A stretch of DNA of 46,625 nucleotides from Polymyxa betae A26-41 (Eukaryota > Protista > Endomyxa: Phytomyxea), in the NCBI GenBank assembly GCA_003693705.1, contig RBZT01000765.1:1-46625 (forward strand), in the 5' to 3' direction. Shown here in pieces: positions 1 through 12,995 of the stretch. A program made the position numbers and the translations under genes. Under the pieces are notes generated by a model. The model did no database searches. It saw only the letters and a list, made by a program, of their open reading frames with translations, and was not told the DNA's origin. The stretch's first letter is position 1, and each line of letters begins with the position of its first letter.

Positions 1-421
1 GATGTTTTTCAAGCATGGAACCCGTTCGTCATCGATAGTGTATTTGTTCCATTGGCTGTATATTGACCTTATACAAGTTCTGATAGTAATCCCGCTTGAT
101 CTGTCACCTCTACCGGCACTCGTCCTTGTCTATCCTATTACCATTCTCTTCTGTTTACTAACCTATCTTTTTATCATCCAGGTTCCTGGCCTCTGTTTCG
201 TTTTCGGCCTCTCTTATGCTTCCCGCCCTACTTCAAAGCCTGACCAACTCTCCCCGACGCCTGTAAGTTCCTAATTTCCTAACAGATCGCATTAAGATGT
301 TGGGATAGGTAAAAAATAGTTTTAGTAGCTATGTTATGGTTCCATCCGATATTATCGTGAATGACACCGATGCAATATCGCCCCGGTCAAACGAGAAATC
401 AGAGCCGACCACCAAATCTAC

Positions 422-603
422 NNNNNNNNNNNNNNNNNNNNNNNNNNNNNNNNNNNNNNNNNNNNNNNNNNNNNNNNNNNNNNNNNNNNNNNNNNNNNNN
501 NNNNNNNNNNNNNNNNNNNNNNNNNNNNNNNNNNNNNNNNNNNNNNNNNNNNNNNNNNNNNNNNNNNNNNNNNNNNNNNNNNNNNNNNNNNNNNNNNNNN
601 NNN
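422..603. other. Assembly gap (182 N)
   Basis: Run of n from 422 to 603. Confidence 0.99.
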
Positions 604-1082
604 CGCCAACGATAGCGACCGGGATTTAGGGGGTTCTTCCGGAATCGATCACGCTCAGGAACTGGTTCCAGGAATAAGCCGCAATGCCCATATCAGTGCA
701 ATTCGTAGGAATCATGATGACTGCTGCAACCAGGGTTTACATCAACGCCGATCAAACAACAACGCTGATATATTCCATTGCCAACGCACGTTTTCTTTAA
801 AGTTCCTGTTTAATCAGTATCTTTTCAAATCCATTTATTTATTATCCCGCCAGTCGCGTCTTACATGTACATTCATTAATTCGATTCGTTTCCTAGAATC
901 AGGGACTGTATTATCCCACACCTACTTTCGCTTCATCAGTACTTAAAGGGGTGCGCGGCGTGGCAGAAATCCCCTATGAGTGCAGCCAATAAAAGGCTGG
1001 GCGATTCATCTCATTACAAAGGATTTATGCTTTAGCTGGGACATACAATCCAGCATTAAATATCACATATTTATCCGAAAAA

Positions 1083-4000
1083 CTACGATTCCGGATCTAT
1101 ACTTGATCCATCCCGTGTTACTATACAGCTGTGCTCCAACAACTTCTGTACCAACGGGATTCCTGGGACGCCTACAGCGCAGTAAAAGTCAATATCGTAG
1201 AGAAATAAGCTTCTGAATGCACTTCAAACAGAACATAAACATTAGCAACGCGGCAATAAACATAAGTTGAATTTTGAAGAAGCTATTCAAAACCGGACCT
1301 TGGAGAATGGTCCATGGATCAACAGCATACAGTTCTTCCTCTACCGAAACAATCGATGTCGGCGGTACTGATACCGATGCAGCCGACTGCATCACGAATA
1401 GGTTGGTAGGCGACATCGCCTGCAAACCGGATTCATTAAAAGTCGAAGCGTATTCTTTAACATTACGAACAGATGGAGTCGTAACAGGGGCGATCGGGGC
1501 CTGTACGGCCGGTGCCGCGCAGGTTGGGCGATAATCGACGATCGCACCCGAAAACGTAGGCAGTGTGCGCTGCACCTTACGTCGAATCCTAAATAACCGG
1601 GTGAGTTCTTGGTAGAGAAGTGAAAATAGCGACTCCTACCCGAATGGAATTGGTACGGCGCATTCCCGGTCCAAATTGATGATGAAGTCGTCGTCTTTGC
1701 GTTGGGCAGCGCTGCCGTCAGCGGGGGCGTTCTCCCCGAATCGCAGGTCGTCGATCAGACGTTCGAATACGCCCAGGGCAGCGTCAAAAACAGCCTCGTT
1801 GGCTTGTAAGAAGATATCCGATACGAGTAAAGTGAGTAGTGCTCGGACCAGATCGTGAAAGTGGCACTCAGCGGGACGTTGCAGAGCCACACCGGTCATG
1901 TATTGAAGACAGCGGATCCTCCTCATGATATGCTCTAGCACGAGCGGCTGCAGATGTGGACTATCCGAGTACAGAGCCAGGTTCTGTACGATCTCCATCA
2001 ACTGCTCCGAAAGGCTCGAGACGAAACCGACACAGTCTCCGGCAGGTAGCGAAACAGACAGCGCATGGACGGCAGATTCCGACGAGATGCGCCAAGCACC
2101 GCCCTGGTCGCTGTTGTTTTGGCCCTTTGACACAAGCTTGACAGAGGCCACAACATCCATGTTACTGATCGAATGCAAGAAAGCCTTGTTCTCAGAAATA
2201 AGCGATGCCTGTACAGCGTTAAGGATGTGTTTCCCGATCAGTGAAGGGAGCAATTTGATGAGCTCGACGGCGATATCGGCAGATATCACATCGTCTTCAG
2301 TGTTTGGCCTCACAATCAGATACTGAGCCAGCTGTTGTTCGGCATTGGACGACGGGCGCCTCCGATTCTGGGCCAGAACTGCCAACTGGACGTCCATCCA
2401 TTGAATATGGACAGTCCATGGCGACAGTGACGACAGCAGCGACGGGATCGATTCTTCATCGCAGTCACCAGCAGCGTAGACGGGCATCGATCCGTCGCAA
2501 TCTGAGCACAGGCACCGCAAAAGCCACCGCGCAGATGGCAGATTGACGATCTGGCCGTACACTTCGTGCAACGATGTGAGGCAAAATCGGACGAAAAGCG
2601 GCGATGACAGGATGCTGTTCAGCGACATCCTAGCAAGGTCCGAAAGCTCGGGAATCTCGGAATGCAGGCCCAGCTCGGTCAGTAACATAACAACGGGGAA
2701 TACCGTCGCAACTGACTCGCTCATCAGACCGCATTGCATCAGGTAATGTGCATCGGGATCAAGGCCGGCCAGCGTCGCGCCCAATAATGTTGACGCTAGC
2801 AGACAAGCCACAGCAGCGCCTGGAGTGCTGCATTTAGACGACAGCGCGTTACGTAGAGGGCGCACGATGATGCGCTCTGTTAGGATGTCGAGTCGCAGCA
2901 ATCCGGTATTGATTAGATGCACCGACACCGCCATGAAAATTGCCCGCTGCGATGGCTCCGACAGTAGATCCGTGACCTTGGACACGTATCGAGTTAAAAG
3001 GATATCGTGGCAGGGGACGCGGTTATCGCCTAACCGATCGCTAGCCAGACTGACGCGGTACAGCAGATGTAGGGCCCGCGGGACGAACCAATCCTGACGT
3101 TCGACCTGAACCAAAGTTTGGTCCAAGATGAAACTGACGATGGCTCCGATCGATTGATTGTCTACAGCAATTCGGGACAGCACCGCATCCACCTGGTCGT
3201 ATCGCGTATCGACGCCGATCGACTTGATTAGGGTTAACAATTCACGTTGAAGCTGATCAGCGCCAACTGCGGCAGCAGGCGTTACGGAATTGTGATAGCG
3301 CCCGGAGAAGAATTTTTGCACGACGTTTTCCGACAGCCACCGCGTTAAAGGTGGCGGTAGGCGTGCGTTGGCAATCCAGATCTCTGCTTGTCGCACCGCC
3401 TGCAGATCGCGACGCATCAGCGTCGCGCAAGCGTTCCGTAGAGCGACCTCCAGTGAGAGGCACTGAAATAACGGGTACGAAGCTCGAACTGCGTCGATGA
3501 TAGCGTGCTGCAGAGTCGGACACTCGTCCAGGGCCGAGATAAGGAATGAACACAGCATCGAATATTGACTCGTAACATGCAGAGCCGTGACCAGGGCGCG
3601 AAATGTGTCGCCCAAGGCCAGTACAGCCAGCATCCTGGATTCAGTGGCGGCGGCCCGTCCCATACGAAGGAATGCGGAGACACATACGTTCAGAATGGGG
3701 AGTAAATGGTACAATGGCGTGATGGACATAATGGATCGTAAATCTGTCCGGGCTGGGTCCTCGGCATTGACGAATTTCTTCCAGGACGCATTCAGGTCGT
3801 CGCCGAACTCGGCATGTTCAGGATTGGTGGCGACCCGGTGCGATTCCGCATCAGTTTCCGCAAGAGCTGATAAAAATCGGCCCATCGAGCGCCGATCAAG
3901 ATGCAGACAGACAGTGGCCAACAGCCGTTTTCGTAGCAGGTCGTCGTAGGAGGAACGTGCGCCGTATAAGTATAGGGAGCGTTGCGCAACGATATAGCGT

Positions 4001-6381
4001 GGCGACTGGTCCGGCAACGGGACCCATTCCAACACATAGCGACGGAACAGATATCGAGGCGAATCTGGAACGACCGCGTTCCCAATCAGTCCATGCGCTA
4101 CCATCATACGCAGCACCTTGGCTGCATCGTAAAGGCCAGACCTGGAAAGTTCAGCGAGCACAATGACGGCCTGGTCGGCTTCTTGGGCGCAAGACGGCTC
4201 AAATCGACACACGAACGCCACGATCAGTTCAATCACAGAATCGCTCATATGGCGGAACTGAGCTAGAAGAAAGGAGGCGACCAGAGCTCGGAACTTGTGG
4301 TATATGCGATGACGGCTGATGCTCCATTGCAGAAGGGCGTCGACGGCAGTCTGGCCATGCGCTTGCAAGACTGCGCTCACGCGACCCACGATTGCACACG
4401 CGGCAATGCACTCGCGAACGCAATCGAGATCGAGTAGGAATCTTGGTAAGTTGAAATGCGAGTTGGTTACGGGGGTCCGCGATAAGGCGGCGGACGGCGT
4501 TGGTGTGGCACCACGCCAGTGGCGTGACAATGGGATGGCATCGTTTAGGTAGAAGATGATGGCCTCGGAAACATTACAGATATTCGTCTTGGATTCGTGA
4601 TGTATTGCTCGGCCAACCTGAACGCCTACTATTAAAAATAATGTCCATTTAGCATTGCTTCTTCACGAATGAAAAGTACAGGTTGATATGTGAAAAAGGC
4701 GGGAAACTCATATGTAACCGAACCTGTGTCTTCTTGACTAGGGCCGTACATGCGGTAAAGAGCCGATACGAGTGCATACGCGACATTTGCACGTCCTCTG
4801 ATGTTGCCATCAGCGTCAAGAGATCGATCGTGAGGCTCAAGAGCGCTGCCTACCGATAAAACGACAAACGAGCGGCAGGTAAAACGCAGCCTGTAGCAGC
4901 GTGGCGTCTTGAATGGCACACTCGTCAAGCTGACCGATGATCCAGTACAGAGTCTTGACTCGGGAGATCAGTCCGGCTCGATACTGCCATGTTACCAATG
5001 AGAGTAGATAGGCCCTGATTACGAGACACTGGTTCAGCCCGTCTACAAACCCGACTACGAGCCAGCACTCACCTACGAGAGGCACTATCCGGGGATTGCA
5101 GATCAGCCTGTGCGGATACTGTTCAAGGGGGGCACGTGAAAATAGGCGGCCCTCGAAGTTACCTGGATACTGCGGCTGACATACTGGTGCAGCTGCTCGG
5201 ACCAGTCGTCTTTGCATTTGAGTTTGCGGTCGTTCACTGGGCGCCGCACACCTCCCCTGGCCTTGTTCCTGTCTGAATACAAATTTAAGTAAACAACCTG
5301 TACAAAGAAACTTAGCGTCTGTACGACAGTTTAAAGCCCTACGCAATCCACGAAGGGCCCAGCTTTGAAAGAATGCAGTACGTACTTTGATTAGCCAGGT
5401 GGCGCGTTGCGGTGCGACCCGGCGGGCGACCATCATATCGAGAAGAACGTCGGCTTTAAAACCGAACGGGACGTTCTGGGCCAGATCGCCGAGCGGTGTC
5501 TGGAGGTCGGCCAATCGGGCTATGAAGGCAGCGCGTTCCTCTGCCGAGACCTGAACCAGGCTGGGGATGGGGTTATCGGCGTATTTTTTCTTGCGGGACC
5601 GCGATCGCAGGTCGTTGATCTTGCGACGCAGGTCGAATCGCTTGGCGCGGAACTGCTGCAGGGGCAGGCGTTCGTGTTCAAACGTCAGCGATGAAATCAG
5701 CGGACGGAACCCTGAACAATACAAGCGGGTTATTGATGATTACAAAGATAAACCAGTAGGCAAATCAATTGGTGGGATGGAAATCAACAGTGTCCATCAA
5801 TCAACAGAATTCAGTTATATATCAAATAATTACTCCGACAGGGATGTATTCCACAAATTATCAATACGAAAAGTTAATCGACGTAATAAAAATGCAATGC
5901 TCAAAGAAAAGAACTAGGTCGAAACCCTACTTGCGAAACAGCCGGAAACGGCAAATAAATAGTCGTTCCTGAGATAAACTTTCTAAAATCGGAAAATTAC
6001 TCCCAGCATTAGGACAAATAGCTATATCAGAGTGTAGATCACGACCTCGTTCCTCTGATGTAGCATCCCACAACGGAAATTCAACAGCGACGAAATGTTG
6101 TAAGGGCCGAAATCGGAAACAATCAAATGCAATGCGAAACCACAACCCTGACCATGAGTGAACGTATCTTTTTCTTGACGCTCCTCTGGCTGATCGCAAT
6201 CGACTTTATAGACATCGGCGTAGATCTGTGCCCCATCGCCCAGCTTAAACAGCTCATGTTCCTCGAGCCTATACCGCTTCGAGCTCTTCTGCTTGACGGT
6301 CCAGGCCGAGGCAGTCGAGTGGTGTTTGCCCGCCCTTGATCGAGGTCCGTCTGCCATCGCCGCCAACATGGTCGACGACAT
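1083..6381 (-). CDS. MED12: Mediator kinase-module subunit Med12 (multi-exon)
   Basis: Exon 1 (...KRYRL...LG...ADVYKVDCDQPEE...TFTH) splices in frame to GFRPLISSLTFEHE, resembling the Med12 N-terminus (RPRLGPPDVYPQD...QGF). Med12 domain LADLQTPLGDLAQNVPFGFK..LLDMMVARRVAPQRATWLIK at ~5390-5520. A long helical exon covers 1636-~4620 and DPWTIL lies near the C-terminus. The last exon (GVPGIPLV...DPES*, stop 1083-1085) is inferred. Confidence 0.85.
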
Positions 6382-6766
6382 CGGCCACGAAAGACCTCCC
6401 TAGCAAGAGAACGCGACCCGGCTCTCGGAGCCCGTGGCCCTCCCGAGCGTCTCCCAAAACCAACGAATCTAGTGGATTAAAGCGACGTCGATCTCTGGCC
6501 ACGATCGTAATCGCTGCTAGAAGGAGGTTTGCATTGTGAGAGAGGGCAAAGTCGAGACATGAGATTGGATTGTGATAATGATACGTAAAGGTGTGATACG
6601 AAAAGGTGTGGGACCATAGCGATAGGGTTCAGGGGCACCCACGACAGAGACATTAGGGTTTTTGCTTCTGTGAAAGTTTATACGATGCAGAGAGGTTTAT
6701 GAGAGGTATAGCTATTAATAAATAGTGGTTGTTGAACATTATTAGAAGGGTGTTTCGCCGGTCCTG

Positions 6767-7927
6767 TCATTGTTCTTCGGCGTCGGCCGATTCGTCGTCT
6801 TCGTCGTCGAGCTCGCCGTTTAGATTTAGCTCCGGGTCTTCATTTAGCAGGGAATACCTTGGCGGCAGCTTTCCTGCTCGATCTGTGAGCAACTGATGCG
6901 ACGACCGGCTTTTAGGACATACCGATATCTTCTAGGACGTGCCTGACCTGAATTCTGGGCAGAGAGATATTGAAGAAAAACTCGCTTCTTAACAGGTTTT
7001 CTATAACTGAGAGCGGAAAAATAAATGATGGCAATAATTTCCGACAGAAGTGAAAGAATCAAAATATAAAGACATCCAAAAGCGAGAAATGGCAGATATA
7101 TAAAACGGTAAAAAGGCGATTGCTGAATGAAAAGTAAGCGACGAACCTGAATCGATATTAGAAAGGACGTAGTCACCGCTGTCGACGCGGGTTACGATCT
7201 TGCGATAATCGTTAAGCAGGGGCTCCAGATAGGTATAGACATCCAATGCCGATGCTGTTAATCGCAAATATACTAGAGTCACATCCATTAGAATACTCGA
7301 GCACAATGGTCAGAAAGACAGGAGTCCCAAAGACAACTAAAATGATAACGAATATAAAAAAAGAGAGAGAAGCCAAGCATCTTCGCGTTAGAAAATAATC
7401 CTCACCTGCACCCAGAATCCGCATGTACTTGAATTCTTCGGCATCGATCAGAGCGAGAACGATATCAAGTTCTGGGGCGATTTGCAGCATTTTCAGAAGC
7501 AATGCCAGAAATGGGGTCGGCTGGCGGGTACCACCATAACAGCCACCAATATACTTTAGTTCGACAGCACGATCGACAAGCGATTCAGCTGATAAACGAC
7601 TTAGTGGGCAAAGCAAGCAATTTAATATCGCAAATCGAAACCCGGTTGGTAATTTATGTGGTTGAGAGTTGAAGCCAACGAAAGAAAATGTGAAATGGCA
7701 AATATCAAAAGAAATTACCGTTTAAAGCGAAACATTGTTCCTTCCAATAGGCCAGCTCATAGATCTTTATACGAACAATCTTCTCGATAAGAAACTACAC
7801 ACACCGGGCATTATGAACTGAATTCTGGTGTTAAACGGACACCGACCTGAGGATGGCGGCCATGCAAAGTCACCGCAGAGCTGTCATGATCTCGCGAACG
7901 AGTGGCGACTGTAGTGACGGTTGCCAT
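6767..7927 (-). CDS. PRP38: Pre-mRNA splicing factor 38 (PRP38A-like), 6 exons
   Basis: Spliced product: LHGRHPQ|FLIEKIVRIKIYELAYWKEQCFALN|AESLVDRAVELKYIGGCYGGTRQPTPFLALLLKMLQIAPE...FKYMRILGA|VYLRLT...YLEPLLNDYRKI...|VIENLLRSE...LPRIQVRHVLED|GKLPPRYSLL..acidic tail*. Collinear with PRP38A; all introns GT-AG. Confidence 0.95.
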
Positions 7928-9483
7928 TCTGAACTCCACAATGATGATTTTAACTTCACGAGATCCAAAAATGAGGAAAAGATTCGGAATTGCGCAAATT
8001 TGCAATGTTTCAAAAAAATTGTAGTATTATTACTCCTGTAGCAGTGTACATAGTCAGTAGTGTTAGAAGAATTGGCATGCAGCAGAAAAAATATGATAAA
8101 CTTAAAAAACCGTAATAAAACAGGCAAGTCTATCTTACCAAGATTGACTGCCAGACAAACAAGAAACATCGAAATTCTCCGATAATGATTGTACAGCAAT
8201 GAGAAATCCAATGCTAACAACGCATAAAAATGAGAGAGCCCAGAGAGCAAAAGGAAAGATGATTCCCTAACCGGGAACCATCATACCGGTATAAAAGGGC
8301 TATGCACCAAAGCGTCGCCCTCGGGTAGTATTGGTCCAAGATAAAACTGTAAATCGAAGGGTGAGCTTTGCCACCAAAGTACAAATTTCAAAGCACAATA
8401 CGAAAACACTAAAATCTGAGAACATCAAACACTATTGGCATGGTTCAATAAATTTAGAACCGATGACGATGTCTATAGAGATACGAGATAGGAGCTTCAT
8501 TCCAGCACGATTAACGATGTTTGTGGGTCCGAATGAACTGAGTTATCAAATCGCTTCGATGAAGGTTCCAAGATGGATTCAGTAAATCAGATATTATCAT
8601 AGAGTAGTCTAAGGTATAATTATACATGGCATTTGGCTTGGATTCGACTAGTTTGTTGATGTTGGTCAACAGGCCGAGCAATTTCCAAACCGCAAGACCT
8701 GGACTAGTCAAATTGCCTTCATAGTTTCAGGCGCTCCTAGATTCTGATTTCGAGCGGTCTGTCGGTCCATCATTTCACCTCATACACGACATGTCAAAGC
8801 TACACTGCGTCCTTGATCTGCTGAAATTGATAGGAAGCCCTACAGGCATTAAATAGCGAGTCGGCAAGGCTTGTCAGTAAAAAACTACCACCGCATGCCC
8901 TGATAAATAAAATAATAGCTTCAGTTAAATTTAATCATATGCCTTTGGATGGCCCGCATCCATATATCGCATCAAAACTGAGCACGATTCTCAAGAGATT
9001 CTTACGGCATTAACTTGAAGCAGTTCAAATATTATGAGTGTCGAACAAAGCTGAATGTCCGGAATCGTTTCCTCAAAACCCTGCGAAGAGCGGATCACCT
9101 CGAATTCAAAAAGCGTGCACTGCATGGAATGTGCCCTGTCTGGTCAGATGAGAAAATCTGCAGACAAGTTGATCTGACAAGATTTTCATGAAAAAAAAAC
9201 ATCGTTCGCGGCACCAACATCAATCGATCAGGAATAAATTCAACTGTCTCTAAATATTGCTCCTGAGTGATGTCAGACACTCAACATCATTTCGTGAATG
9301 TAAAAAAATAAAGTAGCCTTCTAATGCGGTGAGTGAAAAGGGCATCTACAAAAGTGATAAAACCCACAGATTTGAAAGCAATCATCATGGATTCTGATAA
9401 AAGAAACTAGTCATTGTGAAACTCTTTATATGCAGCAGAGAAATTGTACAGTTGAACTGCTCACATCATACATAAATAGATAC

Positions 9484-10232
9484 CTAGTCATCCTCAAAAG
9501 AAACATCACTGCCTTCTAGATCGTCAAACTCTTCAACTACAAACCATTCAGACAATGAAACTCAGCAAGCAATAATGCAATGGAACTTACCGGGTCGTCC
9601 AGACATATCCAGAATCGGCTCTTCTTCGGCAGAGTCGCGAAAGACTTCGTCCAGGTCCGGGAGAGTCTCTGGTTCGATTTCGTTCGGCAGTGTCGCCAGC
9701 CTCTGAGCGGCAGCTTGCCCTCCAAGGCGGTCGTGTGTAAGGCGTTTCACCATCCCGGCCATGGGCTCCAAAACGAACGACCCATCGGCGGCTTCATCAA
9801 ACACCAGAACACAATCGATGTCTTTACCGGTTTCGAACTTGCCGGTGAATGAAATCGGCGCCAGATTGCAGGACTGATTTTGCCAATCGACGAAGACCTT
9901 ATCGGTCGACGAACGCGACATGAGACCCGGTTTGCTTGTATCGACGCTCTGCGGTTTAAAATCATCTACAATTGGTCATTTTCTCTGGAAAACAAAGATA
10001 AAAAAGGACCGACGAATTTACAAATTCAGAGGACAACAGCAAAAATTAATCAAACTACGATGACGGTGGAGACAAAAATTGATAAAAGCTAAATATGTCG
10101 CTGAAGGATATTGTAAAGGGGATCTGCAGATAGCTTACATCGAAGGACGAAGGCGCCGGGTTTGTTTAAGGAGCCAATTCGGACAGGATAAGTCCTGTTT
10201 GGATCGATGGAGGTCGGCTGAGCGGCATCCAT
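9484..10232 (-). CDS. EAF: ELL-associated factor (EAF domain) transcription elongation factor
   Basis: MDAAQP..RTYPVRIGS..AFVLR|..FKPQSVDTSKPG...ISFTGKFETGKDIDCVLVFDE..GSFVLEPM matches the EAF pattern (RYDFKPASIDTS...FKG...DCVLI...LE). Acidic C-terminal tail ends at TAG 9484-9486. Confidence 0.85.
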
Positions 10233-10622
10233 CAGGGACGACCACAGATGGAGAATGACGCCAGCAGCCAGCTGTGGACGACACCTCTGACTAAAATCGC
10301 GATCGCATTGTGGTGATAAAGCCTGGCGAGACTGCGCAAGAAATTTCTCGTCAACGCATCTCTCTTCGGATTGTGAGCAGCTGAGCAGCCTGAGCTTACG
10401 TCGCCAAATGGAAAAGTCTTGCGCAGTTTTGTCAGTTTCCCACTGGATTGTATGCTCCCGAACGCAGCATTTATCTTTCTCAGTCGGATACACACGGTTA
10501 AAAAGTGCGACCGTCTCGCATCTTTGTAACAAAGAAACTTTCACTGCTACAATGATTGCACTTTCAGTAAAGTACATTAAACAAGTATTAGCTGTGCCTT
10601 CATTTCGTCTTTCCATCCCATA

Positions 10623-12870
10623 ATGAACGTATCGTTCGTGATAAAAGCTGTGTTTTTGGCAGCCTTGGTCAGCCTGGTCGCCGGCTCCAGCGCCAATATG
10701 CCGACCTGCCAGCGAATCCACGACCAGGCCCGATTCACTGGTCTCTCTTCCTGCCAATACGTTCAGCAATATTGTAGCTCTCAGACCTATTTCATCGACT
10801 ATTATTCCATATATTATTGCTCGAGCCCGACCGTCGCCTTCCCAATCATCATGGTAGTCTCTATCACCTTATTATTGCTATTATCCAGCACTGCCGACAA
10901 ATTTCTGGTATCCGTCTCAACTAACGACAAGCTTATCTGACGATGGTAGATGCCTACTGTAAAACATATCTGCTCGTCGCTAAATCTTCCAGCAAGTGTT
11001 GCTGGCGTCACCCTTCTAGCCTTCGGAAACAGCGCTCCCGATGTAATGGCAGAGTTTTTTAGCACTTGTCGTTTGAAGAATGTCGTTCAGTGCTAACATC
11101 ATTTAGATATTCACCTCGTTAGCTGGCATGAAATCTGCCGACGTTCCTCTCGTGCTATCTTCGCTAGTTGGTGCTGGCGTCTGCATCACCACGCTTTGTC
11201 TCGGTAGATTGTCTTATTCTGTGTTCACTGTAGTAATATTGCCCAGGATTGGTGCTTTGCATCGGTCGTCCAACAGTCGAGAATCCGATCTGGTTCATTC
11301 GGGACCTGGTCTCCTATCTGATGGCAACCGTAGGTCGCATCCTATGAAGGTTTCTAGGCTGAACATTCCAGGCTGTGATCATCTCGGTCTGTCTGACTCG
11401 GCAGATCGCTCTCTGGCATGGTCTCGCTTTCATATTGCTCTACATCTTCTATGCTGGATCTGTCATATTCAGCTTCGTATACGATGACATCCCCAACAAA
11501 GTCAGCGATTCGTAATCTGACATCTCAATACTGAAATTCTCCTTAGGTGCTTTCTGCGGATTCGGGCGACGATGACGCTTCCACGTCGTTGCTGCACCCT
11601 TCTCCAAAAGTAAGCCATCCGGTTTTTGCTTTACGTTTTCTGAGAAATTTGAGATACCATCTTCTCAGATGCAGAATTCCAATTGTAGAAACTTTCGTTT
11701 GTATGATTTTGGCCCCGAATTCAAGCCCATGTTTGAATCGGATCTGGATCCATCGCTTCCATCACGACAAGATTCCATCAGATCGAAAGTCATGAGACTT
11801 CGAGAGATGGTCGAGCTGCCCTTTACCATTCTAAGGTGCCACTAACTTACCAGAGACACCTCGTGTCCTGATTCGTTTAGAAAGGTGACTATCCCCAAGC
11901 TGAATGGCGATTTCACGCATGAAGAACGCCAGCAATTGGTGTTGGCTCCATTTGCGATCTCGACTTTATTTTCGATCGCCTTCTTGGACTGCTCGATTCG
12001 ATCCATGCCGAATTACGTCATGATTGGCGGTCTAATGGCATCGGTTGCTGCATACTGTAATCTGTCCGAATCAGAACGTCCCAAACCTGCACTCTTGTTG
12101 GCCTTTATCGGCTTCATGTCGTCCATTGCTTGGCTTTCTATTTTCGCCTCTGAAATGGTCTGTATAGTCTCTTCGTTTTTCTGTAATGTTTTTCGAATTC
12201 AGTTTGTTTAAGACAACTGGTTTATGATTTTGCCGAATACTCGAACACCCAACTGTCCCTATCAATTATTACTTCACGCTCTAGAATCCAACAAAAGTGC
12301 AGGTAGCCATTGTGCAGGCCGTTGGCGTATTTTGCAATGTCAGCTCGGCCGTGTTGGGCCTAACCGTACTGGCCATTGCGAGTTCGTTCGGCGACTTGAT
12401 GACGAATATAACCGTTGCCCATCATGGCGGTGCTACATCTGCTATTTCTGCCTGCTTTGGAGCCCCGATTATGAACGTAACTGCACATAATGTTTTCGAA
12501 CTCGCCACGTTTAGGTGTTTTGCAGTTGCTCAGAGCCAATCTGGATACTTTCGTCTTTTTAGTTCTATGATTTGTTGAAAGTATTGATACGGTTTGGCAT
12601 TTCGAGCCAAGAAAAGTTGCTTATTTCAAATATCAGGATTTGCTGGGTCTAGGCATTGCCTTGAGCTTGGCGTGCTTTCAATCATATCCGGCTCCTATTC
12701 GGTTTTCTATCGACCCACATGTCACCATAGGCTGGTCATTCCTAATAGGATCTCTGATAGTTAACCTGCTAGGATTCGTCCTGTTCCGTTTCCAGCCAGG
12801 TCGTTCGTTTGGCCTCGTGCTTCTCGCTATTTATGCATCCTTTATTGCTACCTCTGTATTCATAATATAG
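10623..12870 (+). CDS. Cation/Ca2+ exchanger, CCX/NCLX (Na_Ca_ex) family, multi-exon
   Basis: Signal peptide, Cys-containing luminal segment (CQYVQQYC...FIDYYSIYYC), STADKFL|MP, alpha-1 repeat VAGVTLLAFGNSAPD, alpha-2 repeat LGLTVLAIASSFGDL...AISACFGAPIMN|.LLGLG, and many TM segments. Confidence 0.92.
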
Positions 12871-12995
12871 AACAGCCGCACTGAAAACGAAATATCTTCA
12901 TTATAACGAACTTCTGTGAGATCGCAGTACTTTTCACTTTGATGACATCATCAAAATGTGGCAAAATTTACAGCAAACTGGGTCCGATTGCACTA

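Noticed and set aside
711-770. ATGATGA...CTGA resembling a C/D-box snoRNA
   Set aside because: Only ~55 nt, with no recognisable guide or C'/D' boxes; such motifs occur by chance.
1-950. Open frames flanking the gap, possibly the 3' part of a plus-strand gene
   Set aside because: No recognisable motif, and the region is interrupted by Ns.
1676-4552. Many antisense and alternate-frame ORFs over Med12 (likewise over the 40831-43671 ORF)
   Set aside because: Shadow ORFs expected opposite long GC-rich exons.
7930-9480. Short ORFs in the 1.5-kb spacer between PRP38 and EAF
   Set aside because: No recognisable homology or consistent exon chain.
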